A program made the position numbers and the translations under genes. This document shows positions 1-10,901 of a stretch of DNA of 64,000 nt, piece by piece (position 1 is the stretch's first letter; every line of letters starts with the position of its first letter). Source of the stretch: Sphyrna mokarran (Eukaryota); contig JAGIQG010000002.1 in NCBI GenBank assembly GCA_024679065.1, forward strand, positions 80,724,001 through 80,788,000. Direction: 5' to 3'. Under the pieces are notes generated by a model. The model did not search any database. It saw nothing but the letters and a program-made list of their open reading frames with translations, and had not been told where the DNA came from.

Positions 1-1149
1 TTCTTTCCCCTGAGGTTTGGTGGTAATACTTTAATCTATTAACATTTACCATCATGGGCATTTGATTATTTTTAAAAAATAGTAATGTTTTGCTTTGAGT
101 GCATATAGTAAAATTGGTTTGTTAGAAATGTAGCTAATTTGGAAATAAATCACGCAAGATGTGTTTGCAACGCATTTGTTTTTCTCTGCAAAAGATTGAG
201 AAATTCATTTTACTTGATTATTTAAAATAATAATTGTGCATTTGTGTGAAATTTTGCTCATTGCATAACTGTATTCAGAATTACAATATATTTGATAGCT
301 TGGTATCTTGGTATGTTTGTGTATATAGGCCAAAGCATTGTTCATAATACAACACTGGAGAAACACAGCAGTGATTTAACATATCTTGTGGTAAAAATGC
401 TAATGTGGAGAATATTACTACTGTATTTATGAGATTTGTAAAATTTAAGAGACCATGGGTAAATTGTGGACCTCAACCATTAAAGTTTCACTTATGTGGG
501 TGGATGTTCTCTTTTATTTTCTTAGCTTGTTTAACTAAAATTTATTTCTATATATTGATAGGACTTGAATCAAAACAATGAACACATGACATTTTTGCTT
601 TCTGTTAAATATTGTTACATCCTCTTTTTCAATTTTGCTTTTATTAATTGTAGAAGTGACCTTTTAAATGAGCTTATCAATTATCTTGCATCCATATATG
701 TTCTGTCCATCATGGATCACTGGATAATAAATAAGAGCAGTAATTTCAGCTAGCTTTTTGACGTTTCTTCACTTTCTACACTACCACCATAATAAAACAT
801 GTGAATTCAGTCAGTTCTTCAGATGTACCACCATTATTTTCCTGGCAAAGGTCAGCTAACAGTGCAGGTGTGAAAATGAATTGATTTTCATGTCTCAATA
901 CACATTATGTAGTAGATATATCTGTGTAAGAAATGTTTAATACTTTTGGTATTAATTTTGGAGATTTGCCTATTTCTTTATGTAGAATCCTCCTCAAGGT
1001 GACACTGAATAGCATTACATTGCAATGTACAGGGCAAAAAAAAATTGCAGTCCTATTACCTTGCAGTGCTTAATGATATTGGTCATATCCTCTTGTTATA
1101 TTTTGTCCAGACATTTCCTGAAATTACTGACAAACTTAGTCTCCACTAC

Positions 1150-1490
1150 CTCTTATCAGTCATTCTATTTCCACAATAGTTAAATTCTTCCAAATTTTAG
1201 ATTATACTTTTGTGAAAAATTTATGATTTTGCCACTTTTCTATTTTGAATACTTCTGTGAGGTTAACCTAGGTCATCAATTTTCCACTGTGAACATTATA
1301 GCTTCTGCATTCTTTCCTCATGATAGCTAAACTCAGTTTATGAATTTAGTTGGCCTTTATTCTTCCATTTCTAAAGCCTGAGTATTTTTTCTATCACAAT
1401 GAGAATTGCACAAAGAATTCAGCCAGACCAGATCAATGCTTTACGTAAATTCACAACTGTTCATGTTTTTGTTGTCTACTTTCAACTGTA
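1150..1490 (-). mobile_element. Highly decayed CR1-like LINE 3' fragment
   Basis: Resembles the antisense RT C-terminal pattern (gagaattgcacaaagaattcagccagaccagatcaatgctttac). Confidence 0.35.
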
Positions 1491-3129
1491 CAGTCCCAAG
1501 ACTGAAGTCTACAGCAGAAAAGAAAATGATCTTAATTACTGGCTTCTGAGAGAGTGGATGAGTTAACCAATTGATCATGTTGTGAAAACGGTTGTTCTCA
1601 TCAATTGTTGATAAGACATTGTCATCAGTTGTGACAATGAAGTTGTTATTGATGAAATGCAACCCAGACTGAAATTGTACATATGATGGAAGGGCAGAAT
1701 TGTATAACTGGCAGTCAGGAAGTTTACGGGCCAAAATAATATTTGTAGTAGTCTGAAGTTAATGAAACTATACATAATAGGCTCTGGCACTTGTGGAAAC
1801 CCATTTATTGTGCCTGATTTCTGTTTATCAGATCGGAGGCACATTTCTTCAAGACAGAGGTGCCTCTTTTACCTAAATTATGGTAGCTTGAGTTAATATG
1901 AGCCAAAGTTCTCTGCTATAAAAGAATGCACTAGAGGATTGCTGGAGTTTTACCAGCAGAACCCAAAGCACAATTAATCTGGACCAGCAGGTTCAGTAGC
2001 TTTAGTGCAGTGGTCGTAATGTCAGCTAGAACTGAACAAGAATCAGTGTCTTATTGAGCCATATTGGCGGGTCACTCATCAGCAGTGCCCAAAATTAATG
2101 GAACCTGTCCAATTCAGACGGTATTAGAACCTATTAATGAGAGTTACATCATTTGCTAATTTTCATAGTTGGCATGTATGGCCTTGAAATCAGCTGAACC
2201 TAAAAAGAAATAATTTGCCTGTGCAAGCTGAATTAACACATGTTTATTTATCAACAGCTGATCAATGCAGTTTTAACCCTTAAACAACAAGTACTAGAAA
2301 CTAATCACATTACCTAACAATTAGCAATATTTGTGTGTGAATGCTTTATCACCATTTGCTGGAGCATAGTATGGACATGTACCATATTCTCAACAGGAGA
2401 TGCAGAGATTCAGTAGCAATTGCACGACGGAGACAAAAAAACTGAGCATACCCTTCCATGTAAATATATCTGGACTTATGTTCAGCCCTGATCTATGACT
2501 TCCTCATTAGTTATTTGATGGACAGTTATTTTAACACTAAGTGAATCTATCTGGAATGGGTTGAGACATGTCAGCCAAAATTTGCACATCGCTCTTTGTT
2601 TAGCTTAAACTTGTCAAAGCTAGTAATTACCAACAACTGAGATAGATAAGCATCTGTTATTTTATATGCATTCGGTAACCCCCCCTGAGACAGGCAAAAC
2701 GATAATCTACTTGAAGACATTTAGGACTGCACTGGTCAATCCATGACTTGATAGTGAGCGGTGTGTGCTGGAACTCCAGCCGATCTACCAATGGTTTGTA
2801 AAAAAAGAATGTCACCATTCAAAAATTTCTGTAGTGGATACTGATACCTCCTGCCTAAATAATGCAGTTCAATGCATTATTGATGCTAGCACATCAAATG
2901 GGGATGGGTAGCCATGTGTTATTTTCCAGAAGCACAAATGAATTTCTGAAAGAAAAGGATGTAAAATGGTAGTGGTGTTGAATGTGGCAACTAACTACAT
3001 AGCTTTGTAGAAATGCTAAACAACTGGAACAAAAATTGCACGTAGGATGAGTTTTAAGGTGAAAGGAAGCATGAAACTTAATATCTTAACTTTGAGTTTC
3101 TGAGGTGATCAATTAGATATGTTTTATAT

Positions 3130-3560
3130 TTCATGGGATATGGACATTACTGGAGAGGCTAACATTTTTGTTGCTTATCCCTAATTGTCCTTGAGATAGT
3201 GGTAGGAAGCTACCTTCTTGAATCACTGTGGTCCATGTATGTATGCCCATGGAGCTGTTAGGGAGGGAGATAGAGGATTTTGACTCAGTGACAAAAAATG
3301 CTGATATATTTCCAATTGAAGATGATATGTGGTTTGAGGGACACTTAGTTTGATATTTTCCCATGTATCTGCTACAATTGCCTATGAAGGTAGTAAAGGT
3401 TGTGGGTTTGGAATGTGCTATTGCAGGTACCTTGTGATCTTATACTGATATTAAGTTGGTGATGGAGGGAATGGATGGGGTGCTGATCAACAGGCCTCTT
3501 TGGATGGTCCGGAGTTTGTGTTTGCTTAAACTGCAGTCACCCAAGCAATTGGAGAGGTGT
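3130..3560 (-). mobile_element. 3' end of a CR1/L2-group LINE
   Basis: Antisense 3' UTR/ORF2 end typical of a common shark LINE; the same tail ends the SINE at 34790-35125. Confidence 0.7.
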
Positions 3561-4439
3561 TTCAAACTCAGTATATTACTTTTGTTTCTGCGTTACATTC
3601 AACAAATATTCTTCTATATGATAATTGACATAATGGTGGCAAAACTTTCAGTGGTTGTAACTTCACCAGTGAGTGTTTCTCCCAAATTTGCTGATCAATG
3701 TATTTCAGTTGGTGGCATCTTCTACTTCACATGGGACTTGCTGGCCTCTCAGTAACTGAGAAGGAAAGGGAAGAAAGAATGTTGTGAGAAAAAGTAGCAA
3801 CTGTGGGAGGAGACAAACAAGGAGAGCACAAAATGGGAAAACCATAAGTAAAAAAAAAAGGGCATTCTGAAAGAGTCCAGAACAATGTCTGCAGCACAGA
3901 TACTGAGAAGCAAACAAAGGATCAGTTCTAATGCTTATGCTGTTTGTTATGACCTGGTGAGAAAGAGTGAACTAACTCCCTTCTATTCAGCCTCCTCTGG
4001 TCACAACAAACGTTTACATTTCTTTTATATGAGGATATGCCTTTTCCATGATGGAGTGCATTTAACTATAAGCTGTGAAAAATAATAAGCCAATTTAAAA
4101 AAAGTTAGATGTTCTTGGTTGTCTTGAAGTATAGATTTGGGTTAAGTTGCTTTTTGGATGCAGTCAGATGTAAAAGTTAGTGTAATTATTATAAGATTTT
4201 AGTTTCTTAGCAGAGTTAGCTTCATGAACCATGTGGCAGAGTGGAGGGAGAGCGGCATCAGCTTGTTTCCTTTACTGAAGACTTTTTCTTGAAAGTGACT
4301 CTCACTTGCAATCTCTCTTTAGTGACTGACAGCCTTGCCTTGAAAATTTCACCATTGTGTATTTCTAAAGAGATTTGGTGGTAAAAGAAGTTGACCAGTA
4401 TTAAAATTGCAGAGGGACAGGGGGAAAAAAAAAACTTTT

Positions 4440-5400
4440 CTTGAATGAAAATGAGAACTACAAAAAGAAGCAGCAGCAGCGATTGTTGTTGAAATTGAAT
4501 TGGCAAAAACTTGAACTCGGTGGAAAAAAAAGCAAAAAGGAATCAATAGAATTCATAAGCTAAATTAAAAAGATTATCAAGCCTCTCTAGCCCAGTATAA
4601 AATGAACTCAATTAGCTTAAAATAGTTAAAGAGGACTTTATCTGGCAGAGAAATGGACAGCTTGCGTAGCAGAATTAAACTAGTATAACCTGCAGAACTG
4701 AAAAAAAGTGTGGCCTGTATGTTTAATCAGTTTAAGTTGAAACATGGCAGTAAGAATCTGCACTTGGAGCTGGAATTGAACATTCTCTCAGTGAGATCTC
4801 AAAACTATTTGTTAGGATATCTGAATCCGCATGTTTCAGAATAAAAGAATATTCTAACACTGCTTAACCTGCACATGAGCAAGTTACTAAATTGAAGAAC
4901 CATCTGAAGAAGATTACTCAGGAAGAGGAATGGAATGTATTGAAAAATCCTAAGAGGCAACATGAGGAATACAAAACTGAAAAATAAGCATAGCTTATAA
5001 AATGGACAAGACCTGGAGCATTTATAGCATAAGCTGAGAAACTTCACACATCAAAGAGAAACCAAATACGATCTGCTTTCTGAAAAGGAAAACTTATGCT
5101 ACCTATGTGAAGAATAATACTGTCAGCAAGTACAGAAATTTCAACAGGAGTATCAGCATTTGGACAAAATGTGTCGGCAGTTTTACTACATTGTTCATGA
5201 ACAAAATACTGAAGTACAACATCTTAAAGGACATGAAACAAACAAACTGAAAAAAAGAGGATCTGATAAGAAGATTGAAAGGGAGTGAATCAAACTGCCA
5301 TAAACAAATGCTTGTTTACAGACAAATCGTAATTCCAAGAATATGTGCAAGTTCATTTCTATGAAAGGCTTCAAAGAAATTCAGTAACCCTAGTTGAGGA
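4440..5400 (+). pseudogene. Decayed, unidentified coiled-coil-like reading frame
   Basis: Fragments such as QVTKLKNHLKKITQEEEWNVLKNPKRQHEEYKTEK and QQVQKFQQEYQHLDKMCRQFYYIVHEQNTEVQHLK are broken by stops and frameshifts. Confidence 0.35.
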
Positions 5401-5402
5401 CT

Positions 5403-8400
5403 GGGCAAAATTAGAGGAGACATGATGTGCTGTGGTAAAATGGCCCCATTCACTGGAGAAGCAAAGATCCACTTCTTCAATGCAGCAAACAACCAGGTCA
5501 GTGTGTCACCAGTTTGGAAGGATTAACAATGAGACTTAAACATCCAGCATATTCAATGCACTGGTGCTTGAAGGAATATGCAATGAGATTGAAGACATTG
5601 CTGCGGAGGCACCACAATAGTCTCCACCCTCACACACTCTCCCCAATAGGAGCCACAGGAGGCAGCACAAAGCCAAACGGGCAGTCAGCAGGGGCGAGGC
5701 AGGTGAAGTTGTCTGAAATACCCCAAAGTCAGCCAAATTAAACTGACCTATTTGCAAATGGCAGCGAGGCAGTGCCAGAAGAGACCGTGGCTCTCTGAGT
5801 TTAGTGACCAACTTATGCAACCTAATGCATGATAACCTGAGCTCAGAGAAGTACGTTGGTAATCCAATGCCTGTGATACCGAAAACAATAACAGCACCAA
5901 GCCTCTACTCCAATGGTGCATTCCAGAGTTCAGCTGAATTGCACAGACAGCTACTCACCTCTGCATATAACAGGTCACCAGTACTCTCTTCAAGAGATTT
6001 GGTGATTTTATTAAATACCAGCTGGACAGAGAGACAGAGCAGTCCATGAGATTCATGGCCCTGGCTGATTGTGAGTGCAAAGTGTGATCAATTGCACACA
6101 TGTAACCATTAAAGTACCCTCAGGCCAACTCGTTGCATTCATCAGCATAAAGCTGTTCTCCTGGTTAAACATTTAGATTGTGTATGACAATCAAAAATAC
6201 TTTCTGCAGATGTGCGCCAGTTATTCAGGCAGCAGCCTTGATACTTATAGAACATTACAGCACAGAACAGGCCCTTCGGCCTTCAATGTTGCGCCGACCA
6301 ATATAAAAAGCAATGCCCCTCCAAACTAAACCATTCCCTTCTCTTCCATATACTTATCAACTAACCTCTTAAACGCCACCAAACTTGGCGCATCTACAAC
6401 TGCTGCAGGCAGGGCATTCCACTCCCGAACCACCCTTTGGGTAAAGAACCTACCTCTGATATCCGTCCTATAACTATCACCCCTTAATTTAAAGCTATGC
6501 CCCCTCGTGCTAGCTTTCTCCATCCTAGGAAAAAGGTTATCTATTTCAATACTCAAAGGTGCCACACATGTTCACTTTATGGCAATCATGAAATAGATGG
6601 ATCCTTGAGGATCGAAGCTACTCTCTCTAGGCCTGGTTCATGAAGCCTATAAGGAATTCTCACACTGATGCAGAAACAAGATATAAATCTAGCTATAGCT
6701 TCACAAGGCTCATCATCAAGTAGGTTAATGGTCTACTCAAGATACATTTCCATTGTCTGGACTGCACAGGAGAAGCACTTCAGTACAATATGATTAGTTT
6801 TATGTTATGGTTTGTTGTGCCCTACACAAACTGGTCATGCGAACAGTGGGGTTGGAAGATTTAAACTTGGATGAAGAAGAGAATACACAAGCTTCACCAA
6901 AGATGATGGGAAGGATATTGTAGTTCATGAAAGATGACCTACATGATGCAAATACCAGAAAGATCAAGCTCAATGCAAGGGAGGTGAAAAACAGCCTCAC
7001 CTTCAATGATTCCAATGCTCTGACATACATTGAAGGTCAGCTGGAAAAAAATCTTCCTCTATGGCGATTGAAGTAAAATATAATTCAACTCCAAACATCA
7101 CATAAATCTTTTATCTCAGGAGTGCTGAGGCTCACATGCACTGAAAGAGGAAAACATTATGCCTGTTGCCTGACTACTAATGAGTGCTCCTGCTCTTTCC
7201 CTGCCCAATATCAGAAAACCCGTAATGACTGTAGCACACAATGTTGAGACCAAACAAAGTTTAATGCAACATATACTACATCGTATTTGCAAAGGCAAAG
7301 AAAGCCCAGTGATAAGTGATGCTCTTCTTAAAATGTTTGCAAATGTTATGGTGAGATATCAAGCATCTGCAGATGACTTTGAGGTAGGCTGTTGGTTGCA
7401 GCAGGGGAATGATATGATGTGCACCTTCTGAGACTGGACCATTTTCATTATCCGAATGATGGTTTGAAATACTCTTGGGTGTTCCGCTTGCACATCCTCT
7501 TGCAGTACTGCAGCCAAGGAAAGGCACACAAATTAAGTCCAGAGAAAATAGTCTCTCAAATACCAACCATGGTTTTAGGAGTCTCCCTTTCCAGAATAAT
7601 CTCATCACCAAGTGCTCATGGTCCTCACTCTCCATGCCAGCCAATTTCTGCATTTTTAGAGTGACTGATCACCCTGTTTCCCAGCCAGTTCTATCTCAGC
7701 AGAGATTAGAGGATATCAGAAACTTCTCCACCAGCCTTCATCTGCTTCTTCCTGTTGTGAGTCTTTTTGCCTTGCAAGCATAAATAAACAGTGAATTAAA
7801 CACCAGATTTATCGAGTAAATTGCCTTCTATGCTATGCTTCTGTGTACCTATGTCTCCCTTATGTCTGCACTCTTCAGTGAGGTACATGAGAAGGAGAAT
7901 GGGAACTCAAATGCATCCAATAATTCTGAAGCAGTCAGTGAGAACATGCATGATGGCCTGACCAATAGCCTGCAAACTGAGTGACTCCACTGTCTCTTCC
8001 AGCCCTTCATCCACAGTTGGCACTGCATTTATTCAGACTCAGCCTTGTGATCTGGAGTACAACTTTTATCCTACTCTCAAACTGCACCCAATAGAGAAGG
8101 AATAATAGCAGTGGCCCTAAGACAGCAGGAATGGAGTGAACATGTTACTGTTCAAAACCATTTCCTTATACAGAGGCCATAGCCCGCCCAACCCATTTCA
8201 ACCTGTCATGTCAACATTGACCTCTCCTCAATAGTTTCCGCACTAGTCAAAGCCTTTGTGCAACAAATTAACACAGTTGGAACCTTGCAGGGAACCCAGA
8301 CTGCAGCTGTGGTGCACCTCAATCAATATCTCACATCATTGAAAACTGCCCCCCAACAAAATTCAGTGGAAAGTTCCTCGTGCTCCATTTAGCCTCTGTG

Positions 8401-9157
8401 AAAGCTTATGCCTGGCTTGGTAATTACTGAGTAAGAATTTAGCAACACCAATTTTAAATCCAACTGATTTATTTGATAGTAAAATTGCGAGCTTTCAACA
8501 CTCTGTGTCTTCGTCAGGCAAATGCAGTGTTCTGATCTGCAATAGCACACATCAGTACAGACAGTCACAGATTGCTGCACGTGCTAAAAACATAAAAGGT
8601 ATCTGATCATGTTGTTGATATCTCGCTAGCTGTCCACCTCTGGCCTGGCATCTTTGGTCATATTGGCCTTCTTCAGCTAGCTAACAAAGAATGATCTCAC
8701 ATTATCTGGAGGATCTCAACAAGATGCTGAACCTTGGGATTGTCCCATAAGCACTTTGCAACATCACTTCAGGGGATACATTTAAGCCAACAACACATTT
8801 CTCTTTCTCTTTATTATTCCTTATTCATCAGGATCTCTTTATGCATCTGCACAATTTGTTTTCTATACTTGTGTCCTTGCTAACGCAGTCCCTCTTCCAT
8901 TCACAGGTGCTTTTAGTTACAAGTCCCTTCAGTATGTGAAGTGCTGCTTTGGATGCCTTTTAAAAATGGTGTCTCAACAGCACCTATGTCAGCAGATTTG
9001 TGACAGTCCTTTATCAGGCATCCTGCAAAATGACTTCTGGTTGCTAATTGACCATCTGAAATGTGACTGTGTTTGGCTGGCTGTTGGAGATCCATATCAG
9101 ATTTGCAGCCTTCCTGACTCAGTTCAGGAGCTAGGGGGGTCACAACTAAGTTCCACC
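5403..9157 (+). mobile_element. Decayed PIF/Harbinger DNA transposon (transposase on +, Myb/SANT-like ORF remnant on -)
   Basis: Transposase motifs GNPMPV..TA..LYSNGAFQ, VINCTHVTIK..LNI*IVYD..QMCASYSGSSLDTY, WILEDRSY, NGLLKIHFHCLDCTGEALQY, VCCALHKL (5690-7000); PRFS..TKDARPEV on - near 8620-8745; imperfect TIRs GGGCAAAATTAG / GGTGGAACTTAG. Confidence 0.8.
6249..6548 (-). mobile_element. 5'-truncated CR1 LINE 3' end nested in the Harbinger transposase
   Basis: ORF ...TRGHSFKLRG..RGRFFTQRVVREWNALP..FKRLVDKYM* plus 3' UTR with ggccgaagggcc hairpin; it splits the host sequence DTY|ILK. Confidence 0.9.
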
Positions 9158-10494
9158 TGATGTGTAAATACAACAAAAAAAATGTCAAGTGCACAGTCGA
9201 CCAGAAGCTATTTATCAAAATGTTTATGATGTCATGGACTTGCTATATATTGAAAATGTTGCAAAGAAAGCTTTGGTGGGATGATGTCTGGTAGTCTGTA
9301 GGTGGCAGTATTCTGTGAAGAGTTGGTGTGGGTCAGTTGAAGATGGGGAAGTGGCAGTCCACTTTGAGGTAAGCAAGGCTTGACAAAACCAACAGCAAAG
9401 ACCAAATTTGTTTCTGGGACTCCTCCTAGACAACTAGTTCAGAAAAACAATGATTTAGAAATGCATGACTATGGACCCAAGTGATTAGAGAGACTGAAGT
9501 GGAGGCATAGTGGAAAAGGAAGGTAGGCAGATTGCATCTACAATACACATTAGCAAAAATAAGTTTCCCACTGTTATTTTCATTCCTTTAAAAGGAATTT
9601 AATAACCAGAATGTGCTGTACAGTGCACAAGATTGTTACTGGTGTGTTGGATAAGGGTGATTCCTGGATCCAAGCAATGAACACTAATGGGAGAAGAGCT
9701 GAGAAATCTCTGGATAAGTTTAAAGTTTTATCTGTAGAACTTGATTTGAGTGGGAGTTGATGAAAATCTGTAGCTGATTATCTGAAGAAAAAGAGCTGGA
9801 ATTGTGTCTGAAGATGAGAGTCTTGAGGATAACTGGGTTTGAAATTTAACCATATCATAGGCAGAGTAGGCTGCCTGATAAATCTTTGCTGTAGTTGTTT
9901 TTTTTTTAGTGTGTAATTTACACTGACCATGATTTGGCTGTTTATTGATGCTTAATTTATGTTTCATTATTAAAGTAAAAAAAGGGAAATAAAGTTGGTT
10001 CTTATGATTTCTCTATCTGCATAAGGATTATAACACTGCTTTTGCAAAACTTGGAAGCCAATTTGCTGTAACACCACTATCTGAAACTAGAAAGATGAAG
10101 CCACTAATCACGTTCCTCATTAATTGACTTCCATTTTCTCTAAATTGGCTTTATAGGGGATTAAGTAAATTGAGATACATATTTCTTTTGCTTCATAATT
10201 TAGGTTATTGATTCACAAATAGAAGAGAATTTGATTGTGTCCAGAACTTGTGTTTTCATAGTGAAATGTTTTAAAAGAAAGCATCCCATATATTATAACT
10301 GCATGATATTGTACCCACTAAAAGTAATGGGCAATTCTGAGCAGAACCAACAAGTTTTTATTGGCAATATCATGTTTGATCATTAACTAATTAAAAAAAT
10401 ATAATCAACCAATGTACTCTCCATTACAAAGTTCACATCTCAAAGTATTACTTGTTACCTCACCAAGGATTAATGTTCAACTGAGGTATATGAT

Positions 10495-10590
10495 AAAACA
10501 GTGATTACAGTTCAAAAGTAGTTTATTTGCTGCAAAATATTTTGTGACATCTGAAGGTCATGAAAGATGCTACATAATACAGGTTACTTT
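10495..10590 (+). mobile_element. Ancient SINE 3' tail fragment (Deu/AmnSINE-like)
   Basis: acagtgattacagttcaaaagtagtttatttgctgcaaaatattttgtgacatctgaaggtcatgaaagatgctacataatacag; a related antisense copy lies at ~37008-37100. Confidence 0.45.
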
Positions 10591-10665
10591 CAGATAGCAT
10601 CATAAAGCTGCATAAAGTCCATTAACTTAATAATTATAGACACTCTGCACATTGTATCAAAAGGA

Positions 10666-10671
10666 TTTATT
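10666..10671 (-). promoter_or_regulatory. Candidate polyadenylation signal (AATAAA) of the AGR gene
   Basis: tttatt on the + strand ~180 nt downstream of the stop codon; the nearest canonical hexamer seen. Confidence 0.55.
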
Positions 10672-10851
10672 AAAATGTCATTGCTTACAAGTTGAAATGC
10701 CCAATATTGAAACAATGTTATTTACACTTTTTTTGCACATAACACAATATTAGGACAAAGACATGCAATGACTCTACAGAATGATATAGTTACAAGGGTT
10801 GCACAGAAATGTAACTAATAAAGCTTATGGGAAATTGATGATGCCAAGCTC

Positions 10852-10901
10852 TTATAATTCATGTTTCAACAGTATTTTGGCTGCCTTCATGTTTGAAGCC
10901 A
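10852..10901 (-). CDS. agr2: AGR terminal coding exon ([16 protein letters not shown])
   Basis: Pyrimidine tract ttttcccttcttctttag|, phase matches the previous exon, NMK and xxEL ending, TAA at 10854-10852. Confidence 0.93.

Noticed and set aside
1490-1850. Overlapping short ORFs / possible decayed coding fragment
   Set aside because: No identifiable motif in any frame; insufficient support.
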